Shown here: positions 54,817 through 64,000 of the stretch, one piece after another
Layout of the letters: every line of letters begins with the position of its first letter
Numbering within the stretch: the stretch's first letter is position 1
DNA from: Gemmatimonas sp.
Lineage (GTDB): Bacteria > Gemmatimonadota > Gemmatimonadetes > Gemmatimonadales > Gemmatimonadaceae
Assembly: GCA_965279375.1 (NCBI GenBank)
Contig: OZ257156.1
Location: forward strand, 3,424,001-3,488,000
DNA: 64,000 bases
Direction: 5' to 3'
Position numbers and translations under genes: made by a program
The notes under the pieces: model-generated
What the model was told of the DNA's origin: nothing
Databases searched by the model: none
What the model saw: only the letters and a program-made list of their open reading frames with translations

Positions 54817-57324
54817 CTACGGGCGGATGACCTCCACGGTCTCCGCCCGTTTTGTGATGGCGGCCTTGCTGTACGGCAACGGCGCGTACGTCCCGCGTGT
54901 CCACGGCAGGAACAAGTCGCGATAGTGCGCCGTGCGTGGATCGCCGCTCTGGCCAGGTGTGTTGGTGACGGTTGCGGTCTCCCAGTCAGCGAGATCCATG
55001 ACCACGCGCAGACTCGCGCCGGCTGTCTGGTTGTCCGTGTTGCCCGTCGCATTGAGCGTGTTGCCGTACCCACCACGAGGGGCAGGGCCCGGCGACAGCC
55101 AGCTTCGCAGCGAATCGTTGACGGCGCCGTCGAGCGGGTGCGCGATGCGCACGTGATGAAAACCAGCCTGGCCGTAGTTCCAGCCTGACATCGACGGACC
55201 GAATCGCAGAATGAGCGTGGTCACCGCATCTGCGAATGAGCGCGCGAGCAGCGCATCGCGCGTGTTGGCCGATGAACCTCCGTTCGCGCTGCCCAGCACC
55301 GTGTCCGCGCTCGCCAACCACTCCGTCATCCGACTCAACGGCACGCTGCGCATGACATCGCGCACACGTGCCGGCACTGCGGCTGCGCTCACCATGCGTG
55401 TGAGAGAGCGCTCCCACATTGCGTAGATGCCGGCGCCCACGGAGTTGGCGGCCAGCACACCATTCCACGCACGCAGTGAGTCGAGCGCCAGCTTGGCCAC
55501 GCCGCCTTCCACCATCCCATCGCGCAGCATCGGCACCAGCGCTCGCGCAGCCACTGGCGTCTCGTCATGCTGCAATCGTTGCGACGCGATCACGTCGGCC
55601 TTGCGCGTGGTGTCCAACACTTCGGTCAATCGCTGCAGCCGCCATGGCTCCGCCCAGCTCCGCGCGATGGCGTCGTTGTGTGCATAGCTCGGCGGCACGT
55701 TCCACGCATTGGCCGTCCCGAAGAAGCTGATGTCCGGCGATGCTGCATGCGGCAACTCCGCGACGGGCAGATAGCCACTCCACTCGAAGCGTCCGTCGCC
55801 AGGAACTGGCACCAGTCCGTCCCATGCCTTGCGTACCGGCGCGATCCCCGCCGACTGCCAGCCGATCGCGCCAGAGGTATCGGCCCACACCCAGTTGAGC
55901 GTTGGCATGTGTGCGTAGCCCAACGCCGAGCGAAACTCCTTCCACGTGCGCGCCTGATCGATGCGCAGGCTCGCGAGATACGGCGCACCACCTGCCTCGG
56001 CCCATGCGGCGCGCAGCGCGACTGCGACATGTTTGGTGGAATCCTCGAACAGCACCGGCCCGTGTCGAGTGAAGTGCAGCGTGACGGCCACTGGCGCGCC
56101 GCCGCGCACCCGGATCGTGTCGCGCTCCACCCGCATGCGCTCCAAGCGCCCGCGATAGCGATAGGCCAACGGATCGCGTGCGTCGATCGAGTACGTATAC
56201 AAGTCCTCGGTGTCGATGCCGAAGATCGTGAGTCCCCACGCGCCATGTTCGTTGTGCCCGATGGCGACACCGGGAATCGCCGGCTCGCCACCGCCGATCA
56301 CATTCCACCCCGGCGCCGTGAGATGCACGAGGTATCGCAACGACGGAGTGGTGATCGTGCGATGCGGATCGTTGGCGACGATCGGACGTCCAGAGGCCGT
56401 CTTGCTCCCCGCGATCACCCAGTTGTTGCTCTGCCACGGATCCGCCGGCTCGGCATTGGCCGATGTCAGATCGAGCGCATCGTTGGGAGCACTCGCCGCC
56501 CCGGTCTCAGTGCTGCTCGCCCCGGACGCCCGTCGTACCGATGCCACCACGTCCTCGGCGCGAAAGGCCGGCGCGTTCTTGAACGCATCGTAGACGGCCA
56601 TCAACGCGTCGTCGGTTCCCGCATCGAGCAGCGCGGTGATCGCTGAATCGATCGCCAGCTTGGCAGGGCCCGGCTCGTATCGCCGACGCCGCGCCACAGC
56701 CGCGTCGCCAATGGCACGTACGGCGCGCGCGGTGGCCGTTTCCTCGCGCGCGTTGGAGGCCAGCGCATTGTGACGCGAGATGACGATCGCCGGTGTCCAC
56801 AGGCCGGGGGTGATGCCGAGCCATCCCAACTCGGGCGGCAACAGGGTGCTGTCGCGCTGTACACGACGCACGTACGCGTTCACGCCATCCACGAACGCGC
56901 CGATGATCGCCACACCACGCGGATGATAGTGCGAGAGCTCTTTCGTCATGTCGCCGCGGTAGCGCAACAAGCGCGACGCACGGTCCCGCGCCACCCAGCG
57001 CGGTCCCAGCGCTTCCGCCATCGTGCCCGTCGCCTGCCGTCGCCAGAGCTCCAGCTGAAAGAGTCGATCACGGGCTGCGCTGTACCCCTGCGCGAAAAAC
57101 AGATCGTGCTCGTTGCGCGCATCGATGTGCACGATGCCCGCCGAGTCGCGTGTCATCGTCACCGGTGCCCGCAGTCCGGCAACGCGCAGTTCCGGACTGC
57201 TTCCCTGTCCACGCAATGTCGCGGGGGCCACGAGCACCCCGAGGCACGCCGTGATGAGCGCGACCGTCTGCCGTGTCGAGTGGGCGCGCCGTGGCGAACG
57301 TGCGTTGGAGCTGAACGCGATCAT
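54817..57324 (-). CDS. Penicillin acylase family (S45, Ntn hydrolase), secreted
   Basis: RD..GIVHI.A, AQGY..ARDRLFQL, beta-chain start SNNWVIAG, ANDPH, TRHGPV, PGQSGDP. Confidence 0.93.
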   Translation of the reverse strand: MIAFSSNARSPRRAHSTRQTVALITACLGVLVAPATLRGQGSSPELRVAGLRAPVTMTRDSAGIVHIDARNEHDLFFAQGYSAARDRLFQLELWRRQATGTMAEALGPRWVARDRASRLLRYRGDMTKELSHYHPRGVAIIGAFVDGVNAYVRRVQRDSTLLPPELGWLGITPGLWTPAIVISRHNALASNAREETATARAVRAIGDAAVARRRRYEPGPAKLAIDSAITALLDAGTDDALMAVYDAFKNAPAFRAEDVVASVRRASGASSTETGAASAPNDALDLTSANAEPADPWQSNNWVIAGSKTASGRPIVANDPHRTITTPSLRYLVHLTAPGWNVIGGGEPAIPGVAIGHNEHGAWGLTIFGIDTEDLYTYSIDARDPLAYRYRGRLERMRVERDTIRVRGGAPVAVTLHFTRHGPVLFEDSTKHVAVALRAAWAEAGGAPYLASLRIDQARTWKEFRSALGYAHMPTLNWVWADTSGAIGWQSAGIAPVRKAWDGLVPVPGDGRFEWSGYLPVAELPHAASPDISFFGTANAWNVPPSYAHNDAIARSWAEPWRLQRLTEVLDTTRKADVIASQRLQHDETPVAARALVPMLRDGMVEGGVAKLALDSLRAWNGVLAANSVGAGIYAMWERSLTRMVSAAAVPARVRDVMRSVPLSRMTEWLASADTVLGSANGGSSANTRDALLARSFADAVTTLILRFGPSMSGWNYGQAGFHHVRIAHPLDGAVNDSLRSWLSPGPAPRGGYGNTLNATGNTDNQTAGASLRVVMDLADWETATVTNTPGQSGDPRTAHYRDLFLPWTRGTYAPLPYSKAAITKRAETVEVIRP

Positions 57325-57326
57325 CG

Positions 57327-58376
57327 TCAGAGTGGAGTGGGGGAAGTGGAGGCATACCGAACTGGCGATGCAGCCTCGAGTGAGGATAGCGACCCAAAGG
57401 CCGCGGCAAACTCGGCGACGATCTCTGCGGCGGGACGAATGTCGTCGATCGCATCGACGCTGCGTCCGGCCTGCCAGTAGTCCTGATTGCTACCGGCAAC
57501 GCTCGACTGCTTGAGCTGCCGCAGCGAACGCAGCGCGTAGAAGGTGCGAATCCAGTGCTTGAAGCGACGATGGCGAAACATCCATCGTGAGATCGGACCC
57601 ACGCTCGTGCCCAGTCGCTCCACGTATGGCGTACGCAGCACCGACACCGGCACGCCGGTAAGTCGTTCGGTAAGGACGACATCGTTGGCGTGCGCGCTGA
57701 CAATCGCGCGTTTGTAGGCTTCGTCCGCGTTGCACTCAGTCGTGGCGATGAAGCGCGTTCCCAGTTGCACTCCCGCGTATCCCATTGCGAGGATGTCCCG
57801 CAACTGCGACGCCTGCCCAATGCCGCCCGCAGCGACGATCGGCAGACCCAGATCTCCCACTTCGTCGAAGAGCGCCTGCGCACTGCGTGAGCCGGTGTGT
57901 CCACCGGCCTCGCGATTGACTGCCACGAGCCCATCCACGCCGCCATCGCGCCCCTTGAGCGCCCATTTGCGCTCGGTGATGTCGTGGTAGACCACACCGC
58001 CGACCGCGTGCACCCGGTCGACCACCCAGCGCGGGTTGCCCAGCGACGTCAGAAAGAATCGCACACCTTCTTCAAGCGCGATCTCGACCCAGCGCACCAT
58101 GCGATTGTGATACGTGGTGCTCGATGCTTCGATGAGTGCGTTGAACCCGATCGGGCGTCCACCGGAGATCTCGAGAATGCGGCGCAGGCCAGCGCGGAAT
58201 TCGTGGCCGTGTACATACGTGAGTGAGATCGGCTGCACGACGCCCAAGGCGCCCGCACCACTCACCGCACCAACTAACTCTGGATTGCTGCAGGGGTACA
58301 TCGGGCCACAGATGAGCGGTACCGAGATGCCGGTATGGCGCATGAGCGCGGTCGACGAGACCGGTGCGCTCGGCAT
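57327..58376 (-). CDS. Nitronate monooxygenase / FabK-like flavoprotein
   Basis: PLICGPM, AVSGAGALG, EAGGHTG, PIVAAGGIG, GVQLGTRFIAT.E, WQAG. Confidence 0.88.
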   Translation of the reverse strand: MPSAPVSSTALMRHTGISVPLICGPMYPCSNPELVGAVSGAGALGVVQPISLTYVHGHEFRAGLRRILEISGGRPIGFNALIEASSTTYHNRMVRWVEIALEEGVRFFLTSLGNPRWVVDRVHAVGGVVYHDITERKWALKGRDGGVDGLVAVNREAGGHTGSRSAQALFDEVGDLGLPIVAAGGIGQASQLRDILAMGYAGVQLGTRFIATTECNADEAYKRAIVSAHANDVVLTERLTGVPVSVLRTPYVERLGTSVGPISRWMFRHRRFKHWIRTFYALRSLRQLKQSSVAGSNQDYWQAGRSVDAIDDIRPAAEIVAEFAAAFGSLSSLEAASPVRYASTSPTPL

Positions 58377-58966
58377 CAACCCGCCGCCGCGGCCGCGGCC
58401 GCCGCAGCCGAGACGATGGCTGCGGTGGTGGCATCGCTGTCGGTGGGCGAGGCACCGTCCGACGACGCGTCTGCGCGCTCTGACGCCGCAGGTGACAGCC
58501 GCCACTGCACCGTGCACGTTGCCACCACGTCGCCCGCCGCATCGCTGATCGTCGCCGTGACCGCTTGCGTGATCGTTTCGCTGATCGACAGTGGCGGCGT
58601 CGCGCGCGTCACCGCGACGAGCGTGCCACGCGCCTTCTTGACGTACTCGATCGAGAGCCCCGTGACGATGCCGCGCACGCCTGCCGGCAGTGCAGTCATG
58701 AGCGCGACGCCACTCGTCATTTCGGCGAGGTTGACCAGCGCGACCGCGTGAATCGACGCGAGGTGGTTGCGCACCGACTTTCGGTCGCGGAGCTCCACGC
58801 GCGCGTAGCCGGGCGCGATGTCGGTGAACACACCGCCGATCGTACCGGTGTATGGCGCCGTGCGGCCGACGACCCAACTGAACAGACGCTTCCCGAAGGG
58901 GAGGCGGGCGAGGCGTTCCCACTGGCGCAGCAACTCGCGACCGGGTGACGGGTTGGCGCGTGCCAT
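58376..58966 (-). CDS. Hotdog-fold thioesterase (DUF4442/PaaI-like)
   Basis: APYTGTI, RNHLASIHAVAL.NLAE, LSIEYVKKARG; Ala-rich tail. Confidence 0.85.
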   Translation of the reverse strand: MARANPSPGRELLRQWERLARLPFGKRLFSWVVGRTAPYTGTIGGVFTDIAPGYARVELRDRKSVRNHLASIHAVALVNLAEMTSGVALMTALPAGVRGIVTGLSIEYVKKARGTLVAVTRATPPLSISETITQAVTATISDAAGDVVATCTVQWRLSPAASERADASSDGASPTDSDATTAAIVSAAAAAAAAAG

Positions 58967-59075
58967 GGAGGGCGAGATGTGGGGAGGCGGTGGGAACGCT
59001 GCGATCTGCGGCGAGATTAGGTTACCAGCCGCGCCCGTTGGTTGCCAATCGACCGGATCCGAGAAAGACTCACGC

Positions 59076-60527
59076 ATGACCGTGCTCATCACCGGCGCAA
59101 CCGGATACATCGGCGGGCGCCTGACGTCGCGTCTGGTCGAGCGGGGCATCAAGGTGCGCCTGCTCGTGCGTGATGCGCGGCGTATTCGCGGTCGCTGGTG
59201 GGAGCACGACGTCGAAGTCGTGACGGGCGATCTCTTTGACGCGGCGTCGCTGGAGCGAGCGCTCGACGGCGTGGAGCAGGCGTACTACCTCGTGCACAGC
59301 ATGACGGACGCCGATGACTTCGCCGAACGCGATCGCATCGCGGCGCGCAACTTCGTCCACGCTGGCCGCCACCTGCGACACGTCATTTACCTTGGCGGGC
59401 TGGTGCCGGAGGCCGCCGACGTCTCTCGGCATCTGCAAAGCCGCGGCGAGACGGGGGCGATTCTGCGCGGTGGACTGCCCACCACGGAGTTCCGCGCGGG
59501 ACCCATCGTGGGATCAGGATCGGCGTCGTTCGAGATGGTGCGCTATCTGACCGAGCGTCTGCCGTTCATGGTCGCCCCCAAGTGGATCGTGAATCAGGTG
59601 CAGCCGATCGCGGTGCGCGACGTGCTGACGTATCTGATGGCAGCGCGTGAGCAGGAACCGTCGGGCATCGTCGAGATCGGTGGCGCCGATCGGCTGTCGT
59701 TTCGCGACATGCTTCAGGGGTACGCCGCCGTGCGCGGCCTGCGGCGCACCATCCTCCCGATCCCGGTGCTCGCGCCAGCGCTGGCCGCGCTCTGGATCGA
59801 CCGCATCACCCCGATTCCGCGTCGCCTCGCCGAACCGCTGGTCGAGGGCATCGCGCACCCGGTACTGGCGGATACCACCAAGGCGCGCGAGCTCTTCCCG
59901 GACATTCACCCGATGCCGTACGCCAAGGCCGTCGAGCGGGCGCTGGCGCGCATGAACGAGCATGCCGTGGAGTCGCGCTGGAGCGACGCGTTGGGCGACC
60001 AAACGGGCTATGAGCTGCGCGATCGGGAGGGCGTGCTCGAAGAGACGCGCTCCATCTATGTCGAGGCGCAGCCGGATCAGGTGTTTCGCGCGTTCTGCCG
60101 ATTGGGTGGCGAACAGGGGTGGCTGGTGTACGATGTCCTCTGGCGCATTCGCGGCTTCATCGACCGGCTGGTGGGCGGCCCGGGACTGCGGCGCGGTCGT
60201 CGCGATCCGGCGTGGCTCTACCTCGGCGAGGCGGTCGATTTCTGGCGCGTCGAGATGGTCGAGCGACCGCGCATTCTGCGGCTGCGCGCCGAGATGAAGA
60301 TCCCTGGCCACGCATGGCTGCAGTTCACCGCGGTGCAAGAGGGAAGCGGCACGCGTCTCATTCAGACCGCGCTCTTTGCCCCGCGTGGGCTCTTCGGTTT
60401 GGCGTACTGGTATGCGATGTTTCCGGCCCACCTTTTCATCTTTGGCGATATGGCGAAGGCAGTGGCGCGGTTGGCGCTCAAGGAACCCGTGACCGCGATC
60501 GAACCGAGACTCGGGGCGACCGCGTAA
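59076..60527 (+). CDS. Atypical SDR/NAD(P)-binding protein with DUF2867 (YbjT-like)
   Basis: TGATGYIGG, YYLVHSM, GSGSASFEM, QPIAVRDVL, DFWRVE, LRLRAEMK.PG.AWL. Confidence 0.9.
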   Translation: MTVLITGATGYIGGRLTSRLVERGIKVRLLVRDARRIRGRWWEHDVEVVTGDLFDAASLERALDGVEQAYYLVHSMTDADDFAERDRIAARNFVHAGRHLRHVIYLGGLVPEAADVSRHLQSRGETGAILRGGLPTTEFRAGPIVGSGSASFEMVRYLTERLPFMVAPKWIVNQVQPIAVRDVLTYLMAAREQEPSGIVEIGGADRLSFRDMLQGYAAVRGLRRTILPIPVLAPALAALWIDRITPIPRRLAEPLVEGIAHPVLADTTKARELFPDIHPMPYAKAVERALARMNEHAVESRWSDALGDQTGYELRDREGVLEETRSIYVEAQPDQVFRAFCRLGGEQGWLVYDVLWRIRGFIDRLVGGPGLRRGRRDPAWLYLGEAVDFWRVEMVERPRILRLRAEMKIPGHAWLQFTAVQEGSGTRLIQTALFAPRGLFGLAYWYAMFPAHLFIFGDMAKAVARLALKEPVTAIEPRLGATA

Positions 60528-61732
60528 TGGCTGGCGTCGATCCGTTCCGCGTCGCTGGCTTGGCGCTGTTGGCGCTCCAGGTGCCGGCGCTGCTGCTGCT
60601 CCTATCGCGCCTGATGCCCGGCCGCACGCGACGTCCGCCCGTGGAGCCGCTCCGTACACCGCGCCGCGACACCACGGTCACCGTCGTGGTGGCCACGCTC
60701 AACGAGGCCAAGCGTATCGGTCCGTGCCTCGAAGGGCTGATGGCGCAAACCGACCCGATGCTCGAAGTGCTCGTGGTCGACAGCCGCTCCACCGATGGCA
60801 CGCGCGAACTCGTGCAATCGGCCGCTGAGCGCGATCCGCGCATACGTCTGCTCACCGACGATCCGCTGCCGGAAGGATGGGTTGGAAAGGTGTGGGCACT
60901 CGACACGGGGCTGCGCCACGCCAAGGGCGAGTGGGTGCTCGGTATCGATGCGGACACGATGCCTGAGACAGGCCTCGTTGGTGCGGTCGTAACGGCGATG
61001 GAAGTCGACCGCTACGATGTGGCGTCGTTCGCGCCGCGCTTCATGAACCAGAGTTCAGGCGAGCGCTTCGTGCAGCCGGCGATGTTGGTGACGCTCGTCT
61101 ATCGTTGCGGCGCCGCCGGTGCCACACAACCGCCGCCGGATCGCGTGCTGGCCAATGGGCAGTGCTTCATGGCTCGGCGTTCGTTGCTCGAGCAGCACGG
61201 CGGCTATGCGCCAGCCCGCGCGTCGTTCTCCGATGACGTCACGCTCGCCCGCCATCTCGCGGCGCGTGGTGCTCGGGTTGGATTTCTCGACGGCTCGCGC
61301 ATCATCTCGGTGCGGTCGTACTCGTCGCTCAGCGAAATGTGGCGCGAGTGGGGACGCAGCTTCGACCTCAAGGACGCCACGCCGATGTGGCGGCGGTGGG
61401 TGGACGTGGTGATGGTCTGGTGCGTGCAGGCGCTGCCGGTGCCGATGCTGCTCGTGCTGAGCGTGCTCATGCTCGTGACCTACGCGCCGGGCGCCTCAGG
61501 CGCCAACTGGCCGCTCCTGCAGGCGCTGGTGCTGGTCAACGCGTCGGCGCTCTCCGTCCGGCTGATGTTGCTCTACGCTCTCCGCGGCTGTTACGCGGAG
61601 CGCGGGGCGCCGTTCTGGTTCTCGTGGCTGGCCGATATTCCTGCCGCGTGGCGCCTCACGCAGAGCACGGCCAAGGTGCCCAAGAGCTGGCGCGGACGTG
61701 TGTACCCGGCAATGGCCGTCGGGGACCGCTAG
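60527..61732 (+). CDS. cruG: GT2 glycosyltransferase, CruG-like carotenoid glycosyltransferase
   Basis: LQVPA..LLLSRL..G..R.PP N-terminus, DDPLPEGWVGK.WAL, GIDAD, ANGQCF, SFSDDVTLAR, EWGRS.DLKDA, as I recall from cyanobacterial CruG. Confidence 0.75.
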   Translation: MAGVDPFRVAGLALLALQVPALLLLLSRLMPGRTRRPPVEPLRTPRRDTTVTVVVATLNEAKRIGPCLEGLMAQTDPMLEVLVVDSRSTDGTRELVQSAAERDPRIRLLTDDPLPEGWVGKVWALDTGLRHAKGEWVLGIDADTMPETGLVGAVVTAMEVDRYDVASFAPRFMNQSSGERFVQPAMLVTLVYRCGAAGATQPPPDRVLANGQCFMARRSLLEQHGGYAPARASFSDDVTLARHLAARGARVGFLDGSRIISVRSYSSLSEMWREWGRSFDLKDATPMWRRWVDVVMVWCVQALPVPMLLVLSVLMLVTYAPGASGANWPLLQALVLVNASALSVRLMLLYALRGCYAERGAPFWFSWLADIPAAWRLTQSTAKVPKSWRGRVYPAMAVGDR

Positions 61733-62250
61733 CGCCCCTGCGTCTCGAGCACGTGCAGCATCGCCCGAGCGAACGCGGGCAGGTCCTTGGGTACGCGCGC
61801 ACTCACGATGTTCCCGTCGATCACGGCTTCCTCATCGCGCCAGATCGCGCCTGCGTTGACCACGTCGTCTCGAATGCCCACGGTCGACGTCAGCGTGCGG
61901 CCGCGCAGAATGCCCGCTGAGATGAGAATCCACGGGCCGTGGCAGATCGTGGCTACGAGTCCGTTGGCGGCGTGGACCTGCCGCACGAGCTCCAATACCG
62001 CCGGGTCGCGCCGCAGTTTGTCCGGTGCCCATCCGCCGGGGGCCAGCACGCCGCAGAGCGTCGACGGGTCGACGTCGGCCACCTGACGATCCATTGCGGC
62101 CGGATAGCCCCACTTGCCGAGGTACTTGGCGTCTCCCATGCCGACGAGGGGCGTGTCGAATCCCGCCTCTTCCAGACGGAGTTTGGGATACCAGACCTCG
62201 AGATCTTCGTACTCGGGTCCGACGAGGATCGCGATCGTTCCGCGGGACAT
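61729..62250 (-). CDS. PfpI/DJ-1 family protein (type 1 glutamine amidotransferase-like)
   Basis: YEDLE.WYP, PGGWAPDKLR, ATICHGPW, SARVPKDLPAF. Confidence 0.92.
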   Translation of the reverse strand: MSRGTIAILVGPEYEDLEVWYPKLRLEEAGFDTPLVGMGDAKYLGKWGYPAAMDRQVADVDPSTLCGVLAPGGWAPDKLRRDPAVLELVRQVHAANGLVATICHGPWILISAGILRGRTLTSTVGIRDDVVNAGAIWRDEEAVIDGNIVSARVPKDLPAFARAMLHVLETQGR

Positions 62251-62334
62251 GATGACGTGGGCAGGGGATGGAAAGTGCGACGACAGGACCAATTCCAATG
62301 CTGGCCTGCGCCCGGTCGATACCGCAGAGCGACG

Positions 62335-62351
62335 TGTCAATGTACGTTGCA
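62335..62351. promoter_or_regulatory. Putative GlnR/TnrA-like nitrogen box
   Basis: TGTCA-ATGTACG-TTGCA, one mismatch to TGTNA-N7-TNACA, upstream of glnK-amtB. Confidence 0.45.
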
Positions 62352-62428
62352 AATGTTGCGCCCCGCACGGACGTCCCGCCGTCCGTGCCCGCCAACCACT
62401 CCTCTTCCACACGTTCAACGGGAGCGAC

Positions 62429-62842
62429 ATGAAACTCATCATCGCGATCATCCGGCCTGAGAAGTTGGCCGACGTCAAGCGGGCCCTGTTCCAAGTGGGA
62501 GTGACGGGGATGACTCTCTCCCGCGTCAGCGGCCATGGCGGCGAACGCGATGTCGTTCAGCGCTACCGCGGCGACACGGTCGTGCTGGAGTTCCATGAGA
62601 AAGTACGCCTCGAGATGGCGTGCTCCGAAGAGTTCGTCGATCGGACGATCGACGCGATCTGCAACGCCGCCCGGACGGGCGATGTCGGCGACGGCAAGAT
62701 CTTTGTGCTGCCGCTCGATCACACCGTGCGCATTCGCACGGGCGAACGCGACAACAGCGCGCTGACGGCCGTCAACGCCGATGAGATCATGCGCAAGACG
62801 CAGCTCGAGGTTCCCATTCCCTCGCTGGAGGCTCTGCGATGA
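62429..62842 (+). CDS. glnK: PII nitrogen regulatory protein
   Basis: MKLIIAIIRPEKL, YRG, ARTG.VGDGKIFV, RIRTGE; coupled to amt. Confidence 0.93.
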   Translation: MKLIIAIIRPEKLADVKRALFQVGVTGMTLSRVSGHGGERDVVQRYRGDTVVLEFHEKVRLEMACSEEFVDRTIDAICNAARTGDVGDGKIFVLPLDHTVRIRTGERDNSALTAVNADEIMRKTQLEVPIPSLEALR

Positions 62843-64000
62843 TCAGTGCGCTGTCCATTTTCCCGCTCCTTCGCGCCGCAGATCCGGTACCGCTCTCGTC
62901 GGGCGATACGGCGTGGGTGCTCATCAGCACCGCGCTCGTGCTGCTCATGGTGCCCGGACTGGCGTTCTTCTACGGAGGCTTGGTCCGCAGCAAGAGTGCG
63001 CTCAACACGATGCTCATGAGTTTGGGCGCGCTGGCGATCGTCTCAGTGCAGTGGGTGCTCTTCGGCTACAGCCTCGCCTTCGGACCGGGCTCGCACTGGA
63101 TCGGCGGTTTCGAGTGGATTGGATTCCGCGGCGTCGGGGCGACGGCCAACCCCACGTACGCCGCCGCGCTGCCGCATCTGATCTTCGCCGCGTTTCAGGC
63201 GATGTTCGCCGGCATCACGGTCGCGCTCTTCTCGGGCGCCGTGGTCGATCGCATGCGCTTTTCGGCGTATCTGGCGTTCGGCGTCATCTGGACCACGCTC
63301 ATCTACGATCCACTCGCCCATTGGGTGTGGGGCGACGGCGGATGGTTGCGCACGCTGGGCGCGCTCGACTTTGCCGGCGGCACGGTGGTGCACATCAGTG
63401 CAGGTATCACCGCGCTCGTGCTGGCGATGGTCGTGGGACCACGTCGCGACTTCAAGCGTGTCCCGAACGTGCCGCACAACGTGCCGTTCGCGCTGCTCGG
63501 TGCCGGATTGCTCTGGTTTGGATGGTTCGGCTTCAACGCCGGCTCGGCGCTCGCGGCCGACGGCATCGCCGCGAACGCCTTCGTCACCACGCATGTGGCG
63601 GCCGCGTCGGCGCTGGTCACGTGGCTGCTCTGCGAACTGTTCAAGAACGGCCGGGCGACGGCGGTTGGCGCAGCGACTGGCGCTGTGATTGGGCTGGTGG
63701 CGATCACTCCCGCGGCGGGCTTCGTGACGCCGCTCTCCGCCATCGCGATCGGCGTGCTGGCGGCACCATGCTCCTTCTTCGCGCTCAACTTCCGCGCGAC
63801 CACGCGCCTCGACGACACGCTCGACGTCTTCGCGTGTCACGGCGTGGCGGGCATCACGGGCGCGCTGCTGACGGGCGTGTTCGCGACCAAGACGGTCAAC
63901 CCGAACGGTGCCGACGGACTGCTGGCGGGAAATGCGTCGCTCATCGGCGTGCAGGCCGTGGCAGTGCTGGCCACGATCGCGTTCGCAGGCATCGGCACGC
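62839..64000 (+). CDS. amtB: Ammonium transporter (3' end truncated by the window)
   Basis: Not in the ORF track. Manual translation shows GDTAWVLISTALVLLMVPGLAFFYGG, HWVWG, DFAGGTVVHISAG, WFGWFGFNAGS, DDTLDVFACHG. Confidence 0.95.
   Translation, partial: MISALSIFPLLRAADPVPLSSGDTAWVLISTALVLLMVPGLAFFYGGLVRSKSALNTMLMSLGALAIVSVQWVLFGYSLAFGPGSHWIGGFEWIGFRGVGATANPTYAAALPHLIFAAFQAMFAGITVALFSGAVVDRMRFSAYLAFGVIWTTLIYDPLAHWVWGDGGWLRTLGALDFAGGTVVHISAGITALVLAMVVGPRRDFKRVPNVPHNVPFALLGAGLLWFGWFGFNAGSALAADGIAANAFVTTHVAAASALVTWLLCELFKNGRATAVGAATGAVIGLVAITPAAGFVTPLSAIAIGVLAAPCSFFALNFRATTRLDDTLDVFACHGVAGITGALLTGVFATKTVNPNGADGLLAGNASLIGVQAVAVLATIAFAGIGT

Overview
High-GC, densely coding bacterial chromosome segment. 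Gene content and protein style point to Gemmatimonadota (Gemmatimonas-like); this is inferred, not tested. I saw no rRNA, tRNA, CRISPR array, transposase or phage gene. Housekeeping content includes a glycogen cluster (glgP-glgA-GH57), thrABC plus a degenerate SDR, glnK-amtB, an orphan pilT-like ATPase and a CruG-like carotenoid glycosyltransferase. The rest is mostly envelope and secreted proteins: peptidases S8, S9, M28 and S45, two TonB-dependent receptors (one in an ECF-FecR-TBDR-DUF4249 module), tandem GMC dehydrogenase paralogues and a DUF1080 protein. The standout is a tightly coupled four-gene operon at 24704-30474 that looks like a non-cellulosomal cohesin-dockerin surface complex. 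It encodes an IPT/Ig lipoprotein, a multi-Ig scaffold ending in a cohesin-like domain, a small cohesin-like lipoprotein, and a secreted BNR beta-propeller with a clear C-terminal dockerin. It lies just upstream of an Oar-like TonB-dependent receptor. Other notable items are an unannotated 21-aa ORF with an 11-nt anti-16S SD and its own terminator, a nested palindrome of about 140 bp, an atypical PII with no Tyr51, and a PilT with a duplicated N-domain. All family calls come from motif recognition by eye; no searches were run.
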